A stretch of DNA of 64,000 bases from contig CBDCJH010000002.1 in assembly GCA_965217775.1 (NCBI GenBank), positions 1,376,001 through 1,440,000 on the forward strand. Direction: 5' to 3'. The stretch is from Acidobacteriota bacterium. Lineage in GTDB: Bacteria > Acidobacteriota > UBA6911 > RPQK01 > JAJDTT01. The position numbers were made by a program, and so were the translations under genes. Position 1 is the first letter of the stretch. Each line of letters starts with the position of its first letter. Below the pieces are notes generated by a model. It was not told the DNA's origin. It saw only the letters and a program-made list of their open reading frames with translations, and ran no database searches. This document shows positions 30,247-39,974 of this stretch, piece after piece.

Positions 30247-31473
30247 ATGCGTTTCGAGCTGTTTGTCGCCCTCCGGTATCTTCGAGCCCAACGCAAACAA
30301 GCCGTCATATCGGTCATCAGCATCATTTCCGTGGTCGGCGTTGCCGCCGGCGTGATGGCCCTCACCATCGCGTTGGCCCTGAACAATGGTCTGCAACGGG
30401 AGTTTCAGGCCCGCATTCTGGGGGCCACCTCCCATCTCAATCTCCTGCCCGCCCGGGACCGGGCGATCATGGGTTATCAGAAAATCGCGCGCACCCTGAA
30501 CGAGATGCCCCGGATCAAGAGCGTCGTGCCGACGGTCTACGGACAGACGATGTTGCGGATCGGTGCGAGACAGGGAGCGGCAATCCTGAAGGGGATCGGC
30601 GGAGACCCGAGCCGGCCGTCCAATCTGAGTGTCTCCATCATCGAGGGAACCACGGCAGGATTCCATGACGGCGGCAGGCCCTTTCCCATCATCCTCGGAA
30701 AGGACCTGGCGGGATCCCTGGGAGCGCTGGTGGGAGAACCGGTTCGGGCTTACGGGCTACGGGGTGAACTCTCGCCCTTCGGCCGCAGTGTTCGGGTCGG
30801 AAGTTTCCGGGTCATGGCTATTTTCGAGTCCGGTTTGTGGGAGTACGACTCCAATTGGGCTCTGGTGCCGCTGGCCGCCGCTCAGTCCTTCTTCGGTCTT
30901 TCGAAGGATCAGGCCTCGGCGTTGGAAATGCGCGTCGAGGACATCTACGCCGTGGACGGCCAGGCCAGGGCAGTGCAGGAGACGATGGGCGACGACTTCG
31001 CCACCAACACCTGGATCGAACTGAACAGGCCGCTGTTTTCAGCTCTGGAGCTGGAGAAACTGGCCCTGTTCGTCGCCATCGGACTCATCGTTCTGGTCGC
31101 TGCCCTGAACATTGTCAGCACCCTGACCCTCATGGTCATGGACAAGAACCGGGATATTTCCATCATCACCGCCATGGGAGGAACTCCTCGAACGGTCACC
31201 GTGGTGTTCATGCTCCAAGGCCTCATCATCGGACTGGGCGGCACCGGACTGGGCGGCATCTTGGGAGCGGTCACCGCCTGGTATCTGGATGCGTACCAGG
31301 CGATCGAGCTGGAACCTCGTGTCTATTCGATCCCCTACGTCCCCTTTCAGTTGAATCCGTGGGATCTCGTGGTGGTTTCGCTGCTGGCGATTCTCATCAG
31401 TTTTGCCGCCACTCTTTATCCGGCACGCGTCGCGTCCAGGCTGGATCCGGTGGAAGGGCTCCGCTATGAGTGA
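30247..31473 (+). CDS. Lipoprotein-releasing ABC transporter permease (LolC/E family)
   Basis: FELFVALRYLR, N..LF.AL..EK, AALNI.STL...V.DK and YPA..AS.LDPV..LRYE. Confidence 0.9.
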   Translation: MRFELFVALRYLRAQRKQAVISVISIISVVGVAAGVMALTIALALNNGLQREFQARILGATSHLNLLPARDRAIMGYQKIARTLNEMPRIKSVVPTVYGQTMLRIGARQGAAILKGIGGDPSRPSNLSVSIIEGTTAGFHDGGRPFPIILGKDLAGSLGALVGEPVRAYGLRGELSPFGRSVRVGSFRVMAIFESGLWEYDSNWALVPLAAAQSFFGLSKDQASALEMRVEDIYAVDGQARAVQETMGDDFATNTWIELNRPLFSALELEKLALFVAIGLIVLVAALNIVSTLTLMVMDKNRDISIITAMGGTPRTVTVVFMLQGLIIGLGGTGLGGILGAVTAWYLDAYQAIELEPRVYSIPYVPFQLNPWDLVVVSLLAILISFAATLYPARVASRLDPVEGLRYE

Positions 31474-32137
31474 TCTTCTCAAGATCCGCGGCCTGTCGAA
31501 GTCGTATCGTTCCGGGCGGGAGCGACTGCGCATTCTCGTGGATTTGAAGCTGACGGTTGAGCCGGGGCAAATGGTGGCGATCACGGGAGCCAGCGGTTCG
31601 GGCAAGAGCACCTTTCTGCATCTGGTCGGGGGAATGGAGAGACCGGATTCGGGAAGTATTCTGTTCCAGGATCTTGAGATCACCGGACTGCAGGGGCGGG
31701 AGCTGGCCAGGTACCGGAACCGGACCGTCGGCTTCGTATTTCAATTCCACTACCTCCTTCCCGAGTTCAACGCCCAGGAAAACGCCATGTTTCCGCTGCT
31801 GTTGCGGGGGGCCTCCCACCAGGAGGCTTCCAAGCGGGCTGAAGCTCTTCTGGCGGAAGTGGGGCTGGGTGACCGGATGCGGCACCGGCCGGGCGAACTT
31901 TCAGGCGGTGAGCAACAGCGTGTCGCTATCGCGCGCGCCCTGGCGGGAGAACCCAGACTCTTGTTGGCCGACGAACCCACAGGCAATCTCGATCCGGCCA
32001 CCTCCGAACGAATTTACGAACTGCTGGATCAGGTGCATCGAAACCACGGCCTCACCTCACTGATCGCAACCCACAATGCCACCCTCGCGGGTCTATGCAG
32101 CGTCCGTAAGAAGGTCATTCAAGGGAAACTCGTTTAA
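31466..32137 (+). CDS. lolD: Lipoprotein-releasing ABC transporter ATPase
   Basis: [37 protein letters not shown] and ADEPTGNLD. Confidence 0.92.
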   Translation: MSDLLKIRGLSKSYRSGRERLRILVDLKLTVEPGQMVAITGASGSGKSTFLHLVGGMERPDSGSILFQDLEITGLQGRELARYRNRTVGFVFQFHYLLPEFNAQENAMFPLLLRGASHQEASKRAEALLAEVGLGDRMRHRPGELSGGEQQRVAIARALAGEPRLLLADEPTGNLDPATSERIYELLDQVHRNHGLTSLIATHNATLAGLCSVRKKVIQGKLV

Positions 32138-32203
32138 CAGTCCGTGGTGAAAGTCTCGCGAGCACCGAGACCGTTCCTGCGCCCGCCGGACAAGGCGCGA
32201 TTC
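32138..32203 (+). mobile_element. MITE family A, left part only, at the lolD stop
   Basis: Near-identical to 22178..22243 and preceded by TTAA. Confidence 0.8.
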
Positions 32204-32332
32204 CGGGTCCCGGAGCCATCGTTCCGGCGCCGGTTTCCGGCTTTTTCACAATGCGTGTGTATAATCGACGGTGTCGGTGAGCCGTTTGCTCGGGCATTTG
32301 CGGTTTGCTTAAATTTAGATGGAAATCGCTCC

Positions 32333-34774
32333 ATGTTTGAGAAGTACACGGAAAAGGCGAGGCGGGTCATTTTCTTTGCCCGTTACGAGGCCAGTCAACT
32401 CGGTTCCCGGTCCATCGAAACGGAACACATCCTGCTGGGCCTGCTCCGGGAGGACAAGGGTCTCACCAACCGCTTCTTCCGTAGGAGCGAAGCCACGCTG
32501 GAGGCGATTCGCAAGGAGATCGAGGGTCGTTCGGGAGTCCGGGAGAAAGTCTCGACTTCAGTCGAACTTCCTCTTAGCGATGAGTCAAAGCGGGTGCTCA
32601 CATTTGCCGCCGAAGAAGCGGAACGCCTGCTTTGCAGCTATATCGGGACCGAGCACATTCTTCTGGGCCTCCTCAGGGAAGACAAGTCGGCGGCTTCGAT
32701 GATCCTGACCGAGAAGGGGCTGCATCTGGCGCGGGTTCGGGATGAGCTGTCTGGAAATCCGGGACGTCCCACGCCGCATAAGGTGAAGGAATCTTTGATC
32801 CTGACCGAGTTCAGCCGGGATCTGACCGAAGCGGCCATGCGCGGAGACTTGGACCCCCTCATCGGCCGTGAGGCCGAGATCGAGCGTGTCACCCAGATTC
32901 TCTGCCGCCGGACCAAGAACAATCCGGCTCTGATCGGTGAGCCGGGAGTGGGAAAAACGGCGATCGTAGAGGGTTTGGCCCAGAGAATCGTCAACGGCGA
33001 CGCTCCCGCCATGCTAATGGACAAACGAATTCTCGCTCTGGACATTTCCTTGATCGTGGCCGGCACCAAATACCGCGGGCAGTTCGAGGAGCGGTTGAAG
33101 TCCATCATGAAGGAGATCATCGAGAATCCCCAATTCGTGATCTTCGTCGATGAGTTGCACACGCTGGTGGGAGCCGGCTCGGCAGAGGGCTCGCTGGATG
33201 CGGCCAATATTCTGAAACCGGCCCTGTCGCGTGGGGATCTCCAGTGCGTGGGGGCGACGACGCCTTACGAATACCGCCGTTTCATCGAGAAGGACCGGGC
33301 TCTTGAACGCCGGTTCCAGTCCGTAAAGGTGGCGGCAACCAACGAAGAAGAGACGATACGGATCATCCACGGCATCAAGGAACGTTACGAGAGTTTCCAC
33401 CGGGTGCAATACGATGACGATTCCATCAAGGCTGCGGTCAGCCATTCCAATCGGTACATTCCCGATCGATTTCTGCCGGACAAGGCAATCGACGTCCTGG
33501 ATGAAGCCGGAGCCAGGGTGAAACTCAACTACACCTCATTTCCCGACGAAGTGACGGTTCTGCAACAGAAGATTCGGGTGACTGTCCGGGAGGTGGACGA
33601 CGCCATCTCCGCCAAGGAATTCGACCGTGCGGCCCAACTCAAGGATCGCGAGGTGGTGGAGCGCGAGAACCTGAAGATCGTCAAGGATCGCTGGAAGCTC
33701 AAGAATCGCATCAATCCGTTGGTAGGCCGGAAACATGTCGAAGAGGTCATCTCCCGCTGGACCGGGATTCCGGTTAGCGCGTTGCGGGAAGAAGAGACAA
33801 AGAAGCTGCTGCGCATGGAGGTGGACCTGCACCGCCGGGTGATCAGCCAGGATACGGCCGTTTCCGCGCTCGCCCGGGCAATTCGCCGGAGCCGGGCCGG
33901 GATGAAGCATCCGAACCGGCCCGTGGGATCATTCCTGTTCCTGGGGCCCACGGGCGTGGGCAAGACCGAGTTGGCCAAGGCGTTGGCCGAGTTCCTGTTC
34001 GGGAGCGAGAAGTCGCTGCTCCGTTTCGACATGTCCGAGTACATGGAGAAACACTCGGTGTCCAAGCTCATCGGTTCTCCCCCTGGGTACGTGGGACACG
34101 AAGAGGGCGGGCAGCTCACCGAACGTGTCCGGCGCAATCCCTATTGCGTGGTCCTTCTGGATGAGGTCGAAAAGGCCCACTTCGACATCTTCAACTTGTT
34201 GCTGCAGGTATTCGAAGACGGCCAGTTGACCGACTCCCATGGGAATACGGTCGATTTCAAGAACAGCATCATCATCATGACCTCCAACATCGGAGCCCGA
34301 TACCTGATGAACAAACCCCAGATGGGGTTCGCGAGCGGAACGGATCAGGGTAGGGATAAGGTGGAAGAGGTCATCATGGAAGAGGTGAAACGCGTCTTCA
34401 ATCCCGAGTTCTTGAATCGGGTGGACGACCTCATCCTGTTCGATTCCCTGACCGAAGAGGATCTGGGAAAGATCGTCGATCTGCTCATCGACAAGGGCAA
34501 CGAGAACCTGTCCCAGAAGCGGATCCGCATATCGTTGGGCAAGAGCGCGAAAAGGTGGATCATAGACAAGACTTGCCGCGACCGTTTCTATGGCGCCCGC
34601 CCCCTGAGGAGAGCCATCCAGAAATATATTGAAGATCCGGTTTCGGAGTTGATCATTCAGGGGAAATTGAAAGAAAAGGAAACTCTCTCCATCTTTATCA
34701 AGGGTGGAGCATTGTACTATCGGGCCAAGGGATCCAAGAGTGCAGGCGTTCCCCTGTCATTCGGGATCGCGTAG
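32333..34774 (+). CDS. clpC: ATP-dependent Clp protease ATPase subunit
   Basis: MFEKYTEKARRV N-domain repeats, two AAA+ modules (GEPGVGKT, GPTGVGKT) and a UVR-like middle domain. Confidence 0.92.
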   Translation: MFEKYTEKARRVIFFARYEASQLGSRSIETEHILLGLLREDKGLTNRFFRRSEATLEAIRKEIEGRSGVREKVSTSVELPLSDESKRVLTFAAEEAERLLCSYIGTEHILLGLLREDKSAASMILTEKGLHLARVRDELSGNPGRPTPHKVKESLILTEFSRDLTEAAMRGDLDPLIGREAEIERVTQILCRRTKNNPALIGEPGVGKTAIVEGLAQRIVNGDAPAMLMDKRILALDISLIVAGTKYRGQFEERLKSIMKEIIENPQFVIFVDELHTLVGAGSAEGSLDAANILKPALSRGDLQCVGATTPYEYRRFIEKDRALERRFQSVKVAATNEEETIRIIHGIKERYESFHRVQYDDDSIKAAVSHSNRYIPDRFLPDKAIDVLDEAGARVKLNYTSFPDEVTVLQQKIRVTVREVDDAISAKEFDRAAQLKDREVVERENLKIVKDRWKLKNRINPLVGRKHVEEVISRWTGIPVSALREEETKKLLRMEVDLHRRVISQDTAVSALARAIRRSRAGMKHPNRPVGSFLFLGPTGVGKTELAKALAEFLFGSEKSLLRFDMSEYMEKHSVSKLIGSPPGYVGHEEGGQLTERVRRNPYCVVLLDEVEKAHFDIFNLLLQVFEDGQLTDSHGNTVDFKNSIIIMTSNIGARYLMNKPQMGFASGTDQGRDKVEEVIMEEVKRVFNPEFLNRVDDLILFDSLTEEDLGKIVDLLIDKGNENLSQKRIRISLGKSAKRWIIDKTCRDRFYGARPLRRAIQKYIEDPVSELIIQGKLKEKETLSIFIKGGALYYRAKGSKSAGVPLSFGIA

Positions 34775-34933
34775 CGGCCCGTGGTGTAAGTCCCGCGGAG
34801 GACCTGAAGCGGCGAGCGGTTCGCCGGTAAAGGAGTAACGAGGAAGCATACGGGGAGTATGTAACCGAGGAGCAATACCTTCCGCCGGAAGGCGACCCTG
34901 GTCAGAGGCCACGAAGACTTATGCCGCGGGCTG
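34775..34933 (+). mobile_element. MITE family A-related, strongly diverged (159 bp), at the clpC stop
   Basis: CGGCCCGTGGTGTAAGTC...GACTTATGCCGCGGGCTG with core GCATACGGGGAGTATGTAACCGAGGAGCAA. Confidence 0.75.
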
Positions 34934-34991
34934 CAGATTCACTAATCTCCCAGTCCAGGTCAGAAATCGGGATGGGATCGTCGAGCAAAAA

Positions 34992-35020
34992 TTGTCCTGC
35001 CGGAGGGCACTGGATAGAAT
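34992..35020 (+). promoter_or_regulatory. Putative sigma70 promoter of bamA
   Basis: TTGTCC-N17-TAGAAT, 7 nt before ATG 35028. Confidence 0.55.
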
Positions 35021-35027
35021 CTTGAAG

Positions 35028-37670
35028 ATGGGCAAACCAGATCGTGCTGCTCAGAGACTGAACGCCGTCCGGTTGCGCCGGATCGTGCTTCTGATTCTGG
35101 TGTTTTCCTGGGGAGGCTCCGAGCTTCTCGGCGCCCAGGGCCGCCAGTCGGTCGGCCGCCTGGAGGAAGTCCGCATCCTCGGGAATCGGCGCATCAGCGA
35201 GGACACCATTCGTTTCTACATCCAGAGCCGGCAGGGGGACGTCTACAACGAAGGGCAGGTCCTCCGGGATTACCGGAGTCTCCTCAACACCAACTTCTTC
35301 CTCGATGCCAAGGTGCATACGATAGAGGGAGAGACGGGAACCATCGTCCTGTTCACGGTCAAGGAGCGTCCCCTCATTCGGACCATCGAATACAAGGGCA
35401 TGAAGTCCTTCAAGGAATCGGACGTGCTGGAGCAGTTCCGGGACCTCAAGGTGGGGATGACCGTCGACAACCCCTTCGACGGCGCCAAGCTCCCCAAGGC
35501 GCGGCGGGCCCTGCGGACCTTGCTGGACACGAACGGGCGCCCTCTGGGTCGAGTGGAGGTCACCGTCGAGCCGATCACGTCGTCCGCCGTCAAAGTGGTC
35601 TTCAACATCGACGAAGGGCCCAAGGTGAGGATCGGCAAGATTCAATTCGAGGGCAACACGGTCTTTTCGGACGGGGAACTGCGGGGGGGCTTGAAGCTGA
35701 CCAAGGAGCGGGGGCCCATCACCCTGTTCAAGGGTCTCGACAAGTACATCAAGGACAAGGTCGAACACGATCTCCACGTCAACATGATGGACAAGTACCG
35801 GGAGCGGGGGTACATGGAGGCCCGGCTCGGCGAGCCCAAGGTGGAGATCGTGGAGGCCGGCAGAGGCCTTCTGTTCGGCTTTCGCAAGACCAAGCAACAG
35901 TACTTCATCACCGTGCCCATCGACGAGGGGCCTCAGTTCAGGTTCGGCGAATTCAAGCTGGAGGGCATCAAGAACTTCGACTCCGAAGTACTGACCCGCG
36001 CCTACAACATTCAGCAGGGCGAAGTCTTCAACTGGGTCCTACTGCAGAAGGCCAACGATGACCTGAAGAAACTCTACGCCCGGTACGGCTACCTGGACAT
36101 GGAGGCGATTCCCGAAATCGACAAGGGCGAAAACGAAAATGTCATGAACGTCGCGATCCGCGTGGAGGAAGGGAAGCAGTACCTGGTGAAGCGGATCAAC
36201 TTCCTGGGGAATACCAAGACCCGCGACAAGGTTCTCCGGCGTGAGTTTCTGCTGGAGGAGCAGCGTCAGTTCAACGGCGACCTGTTGGACATTTCCGTCA
36301 TTCGTCTCAATCAGTTGGGGTTCTTCGACAAGATCGAGGAGGAGGATTACGAGGTCGTCAAGCGCCCGGATCTGGCCGAGGTGGACGTTCTGGTCACGGT
36401 CAAGGAGCAGAGCCAACAGTCCATCGGTCTGACCGGCGGCGTGAGCGGCATCAGCGGCAAGTTCATCGGGCTCAGTTATTCGACCAACAACTTCCGGGGA
36501 TTGGGTCAGCAAATCTACGTCCAGGCGGTCACCGGGACTCGAACTCAGCAGTACAATTTCTCGTTCCAAGAACCGTATTTTCTGGATACACGCCTGTCCC
36601 TGGGGTTCTCCATCTTCAGCCAGCGCTTCCGTTACGATACCTATACGGCCTTCTATGGTCTGTTCCTGCCCGAGAACAACGTCAACCTTTTTACCCGGAG
36701 CAGTACCGGGTTCAGTGTGCAGACAGCCTATCCCCTGTGGCGATGGGTGCGGGTGGGACTCTCTTATCAGCTCCAGAGGATCAGCATCACGGACGTGGCA
36801 GAATCCTTCGGCGATTTTGCCTTGAGTCAGCTGACCGGGTTCACTCCCGGCGGCAGCCGCGAAGATGCCCAGGAAGGCATCATCCGGAGCGAGGTCACGC
36901 CCAGTTGGACCTACAACAGCAAGAACGCGTTTTTCGGCGCCACCCGGGGATCCATGTTGCGGCTCCAGGTGCCCTTTGCCGGGGGGCCTTTGGGGGGGAC
37001 CTACAACGTCATTTCTCCCATACTCGAATATCAGAAATTCATGGAAGACCGCTGGTTGAGCGGCGGCCGCAACAGTATCGGGTTCCGGGCCCAGTTCCTG
37101 CACCTGCTGCCCTACGGAAAGCTACCCAACGGCGGCCCCATGACGGTGCCTTTCTTCGAACGGATCTATCGAGGCGGGGAGTTCGACTTTCGTGGATTCG
37201 ATCTGAGGTCGGTGACGCCATGGGCCAAGACTCGATCCCCCCTGAGGGACGGGTCGGGAAATCCAATCATCGACAAACGTACGGGACTTCCGGCCCTGAG
37301 CGAGAATTTGGTTCCGGCCGGTGGAGACACCTCTTTACTGATTACGGGCGAGTATCGAATTCCCGTGGCCGGGCCCATTCATTTGGCCGCATTCGCGGAT
37401 TTCGGGATCAACACGGTGCTGAAGAGGAACAAGTTGGTTCTGTTCGGGCCGAACACGGCGATTGACCTGTTGGAGAACACCAACGACGTTTGGCGAATGT
37501 CGACAGGAATGGAGTTCCAGTTCGTCATGCCTATGCTCAACCAACCATTTCGCCTCATATTCGCTTATAATCCCATGGTTATGGATACCACGGTGACGGT
37601 GAACGGGATCCGCTATCCGATGCAGGAACGTCGCAAGAACATTCGATTTACGGTAGGATATACCTTCTAG
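35028..37670 (+). CDS. bamA: Outer membrane protein assembly factor BamA
   Basis: Signal peptide, POTRA repeats (GN..TRDKVLRRE, L.QLGFF), RGF loop motif and C-terminal F. Confidence 0.93.
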   Translation: MGKPDRAAQRLNAVRLRRIVLLILVFSWGGSELLGAQGRQSVGRLEEVRILGNRRISEDTIRFYIQSRQGDVYNEGQVLRDYRSLLNTNFFLDAKVHTIEGETGTIVLFTVKERPLIRTIEYKGMKSFKESDVLEQFRDLKVGMTVDNPFDGAKLPKARRALRTLLDTNGRPLGRVEVTVEPITSSAVKVVFNIDEGPKVRIGKIQFEGNTVFSDGELRGGLKLTKERGPITLFKGLDKYIKDKVEHDLHVNMMDKYRERGYMEARLGEPKVEIVEAGRGLLFGFRKTKQQYFITVPIDEGPQFRFGEFKLEGIKNFDSEVLTRAYNIQQGEVFNWVLLQKANDDLKKLYARYGYLDMEAIPEIDKGENENVMNVAIRVEEGKQYLVKRINFLGNTKTRDKVLRREFLLEEQRQFNGDLLDISVIRLNQLGFFDKIEEEDYEVVKRPDLAEVDVLVTVKEQSQQSIGLTGGVSGISGKFIGLSYSTNNFRGLGQQIYVQAVTGTRTQQYNFSFQEPYFLDTRLSLGFSIFSQRFRYDTYTAFYGLFLPENNVNLFTRSSTGFSVQTAYPLWRWVRVGLSYQLQRISITDVAESFGDFALSQLTGFTPGGSREDAQEGIIRSEVTPSWTYNSKNAFFGATRGSMLRLQVPFAGGPLGGTYNVISPILEYQKFMEDRWLSGGRNSIGFRAQFLHLLPYGKLPNGGPMTVPFFERIYRGGEFDFRGFDLRSVTPWAKTRSPLRDGSGNPIIDKRTGLPALSENLVPAGGDTSLLITGEYRIPVAGPIHLAAFADFGINTVLKRNKLVLFGPNTAIDLLENTNDVWRMSTGMEFQFVMPMLNQPFRLIFAYNPMVMDTTVTVNGIRYPMQERRKNIRFTVGYTF

Positions 37671-37689
37671 GAAAGGAATTGGGGGGATC

Positions 37690-38274
37690 ATGTTCACGAG
37701 ATCTCGAAGATGTTTGGTCTTGATTGCCGGCCTTGCCGGTGTGATGGCCGCGGCGCCCTGGGCCATGTCACAGGGTCTGACCGCCGGCGGGCTCAAATTT
37801 GGATTTGTCAATTCGGTTGAAGTTCTGCAGGGGACCGACGAGGGCAGGCAGAAGCTGGCCGAGTTTCAGCAGTGGGCCGAGTCAAGACAAAAGGAACTGC
37901 AGCAGGACAAGACCGAGCTGGATCGGTTGCGCGAACAGTTCGCCGCCCAGGAACGGACACTGAATCCGGATACCCGGACAGAAATGATGAGGACCATCGA
38001 GGATCGGGACCGGAGGCTGCGCCGGAAACAGGAAGACAGCCAGTTGGAGTCCGAGGCCAGAAACCGTCAGATGCTGGAACAGGTCGGAACCAATATCCAG
38101 ACGATCATCAACGAGTACGCCCAGCAGAACGGTTATTCCGTCATCTTCTTGCGCAACGAGAGCCAGAGCTATGTAGATCCCTCCTTGGACATCACCAAGG
38201 AACTCGTCTCCATCTACAATCAACGTCATCCGGTGGCTTCCGCCCAGGCTTCGTCCGCTCCGGCCCAGCCTTAG
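37690..38274 (+). CDS. skp: Periplasmic chaperone Skp/OmpH
   Basis: Signal peptide, KFGFVN, coiled coil, A...GY..IF and DIT. Located after bamA. Confidence 0.88.
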   Translation: MFTRSRRCLVLIAGLAGVMAAAPWAMSQGLTAGGLKFGFVNSVEVLQGTDEGRQKLAEFQQWAESRQKELQQDKTELDRLREQFAAQERTLNPDTRTEMMRTIEDRDRRLRRKQEDSQLESEARNRQMLEQVGTNIQTIINEYAQQNGYSVIFLRNESQSYVDPSLDITKELVSIYNQRHPVASAQASSAPAQP

Positions 38275-38328
38275 CGCCCGGGCGGGAATCCCGTCGCGGC
38301 AGGATTGATCCTGGATTGGCGGTCCTAG

Positions 38329-38366
38329 GAGTCTGCGCAGTAGATCAATTTCTGCGGCGCAGGCTC
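38329..38366. mobile_element. MITE family B, internally deleted 38-bp copy with CTAG duplication
   Basis: CTAG-GAGTCTGCGCAGTAGATCAATTTCTGCGGCGCAGGCTC-CTAG equals the fused ends of 56082..56239. Confidence 0.8.
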
Positions 38367-38449
38367 CTAGTCCCGCTTCCCTCCGATTCCGATGATGCGC
38401 CCGGCGAAATGGTCGCCGGCGGCGCGTCGATGCCCGTAAGGGAACGACC

Positions 38450-39457
38450 GTGCTCTATCGTCTGCGACGGCTGGCGGAACGCGTGGGTGGAGAGGTCGCG
38501 GGAGATCCGGACACTCCCATCAAGCGGTTGAGACCCTTCGAGACGGCTGGCCCGGGCGATTTGACGTTGGCGGCGGAGAAACGGTACGCGGAGCGGATTC
38601 AGGAAACCGGCGCGTCGGCCGTCATCGTATCCAAGGGGTTGCCGTTTCGGAGCCGTCCCTTGCTTCGCGTCGACAACCCGCGGTTGGCTTTCGCCCGCCT
38701 CTTGCAATTCATCCATAGGACGCCCTTTGTACCGACCGGCGTCTCACCTCACGCCACGGTGGGCCGGGGTTGCTCAATCCCCGAGAGGGTGTCCATCTAT
38801 CCCCAGGCCCATGTCGGAGACGGAGTCACTCTGGGTGAAGAGGTGACCCTCCATCCCGGGGTCCATGTGGGGAATGGGTGCACCATCGGTGACGGCACCA
38901 TTCTCCATCCGAACGTGACCGTCTACGGCGGAATTCGCATCGGTGCCCGCGTCATTCTCCACAGCGGCGCCGTGATCGGTGCCGATGGATTCGGCTATGT
39001 TTTCGACGGGGAACGGCAGGTCAAGATCCCCCAGCGGGGAACGGTCGTGATCGAGGACGACGTGGAGATCGGCGCCAACAGCTGCGTGGACCGGGCCACC
39101 TTCGGTCAGACCACCATTGGCAGGGGCGTCAAGCTGGACGACCACGTGCAGATCGGTCACAACTGCACCATCGGCGAGAACACCGTCATGGTCGGGCAGG
39201 TGGGTGTCTCCGGTAGTGTCACCGTGGGCCGGAACTGCATTCTGGCGGGGCAGTCGGGAGTCGTCGACCACGTCCGAATCGGCGATGGCGTCAAGGTCCT
39301 GGCCAAGACTGCGGTGACCAAGGACATCCCGGATGGGATGACGGTGTCCGGACAACCGGCCAGAGAACACCGGACGACGGTGAAGATTCAGGCCCTGACG
39401 CGGCGCCTTCCTCAACTGATGGCGGAATGGCGCGCGTGGAAGAAGCGGCAGCCTTGA
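38450..39457 (+). CDS. lpxD: UDP-3-O-acyl-glucosamine N-acyltransferase
   Basis: Hexapeptide repeats, IGADGFGY, KIPQ.G.V.IEDDVEIGAN..VDRA and QIGHN. Confidence 0.94.
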   Translation: MLYRLRRLAERVGGEVAGDPDTPIKRLRPFETAGPGDLTLAAEKRYAERIQETGASAVIVSKGLPFRSRPLLRVDNPRLAFARLLQFIHRTPFVPTGVSPHATVGRGCSIPERVSIYPQAHVGDGVTLGEEVTLHPGVHVGNGCTIGDGTILHPNVTVYGGIRIGARVILHSGAVIGADGFGYVFDGERQVKIPQRGTVVIEDDVEIGANSCVDRATFGQTTIGRGVKLDDHVQIGHNCTIGENTVMVGQVGVSGSVTVGRNCILAGQSGVVDHVRIGDGVKVLAKTAVTKDIPDGMTVSGQPAREHRTTVKIQALTRRLPQLMAEWRAWKKRQP

Positions 39458-39514
39458 AACGCCTTTCCGGTGGTGGGTAGGATACTGCTTTTGAAAGAAG
39501 GGCAGGAACGCGGC

Positions 39515-39970
39515 ATGTTCGACATTCAGGAGATCATGGATCTCCTCCCCCATCGCTATCCCATGCTCCTGGTTGACCGGGTGATCGAATACCAGGAGGG
39601 CGAACGGATCGTGGCCATCAAGAACGTCACCATCAACGAGCCGTTCTTTCAGGGCCACTTCTCCGGGGCGCCCATCATGCCGGGAGTTCTGATCATCGAG
39701 TCGATGGCACAAGCCGGCGGCTTTCTGGTGTTCAAGTCTCTCCCGAATCGGGAATCCAAGCTGGTATTTCTCATGGGTATCGAGAAGGCGCGGTTTCGCC
39801 GGCCGGTCAGGCCGGGAGATCAATTGAGGCTCGAAATGGTCGTCGTCCGGATCAGGGGCCGGGCGGGCAAACTTCGGGGCCAAGCTTTTGTCGGAGACGA
39901 GCGTGCGGCAGAAGCGCAGATCCTGTTCTCTCTGGTGGACCGTTCCTCGGTCGTTTCCGGCCGAGGTTGA
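39515..39970 (+). CDS. fabZ: 3-hydroxyacyl-ACP dehydratase
   Basis: LPHRYPMLLVD, KNVTINEPFF.GHF and MPGVLI.E.MAQ. Confidence 0.95.
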   Translation: MFDIQEIMDLLPHRYPMLLVDRVIEYQEGERIVAIKNVTINEPFFQGHFSGAPIMPGVLIIESMAQAGGFLVFKSLPNRESKLVFLMGIEKARFRRPVRPGDQLRLEMVVVRIRGRAGKLRGQAFVGDERAAEAQILFSLVDRSSVVSGRG

Positions 39971-39974
39971 CGCC

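Noticed and set aside
32144-32332. N-terminal extension of ClpC, and similar small ORFs at 14167, 22184, 27353 and 56116
   Set aside because: These are read-through of MITE sequence, and the same pseudo-peptides recur at each MITE copy.
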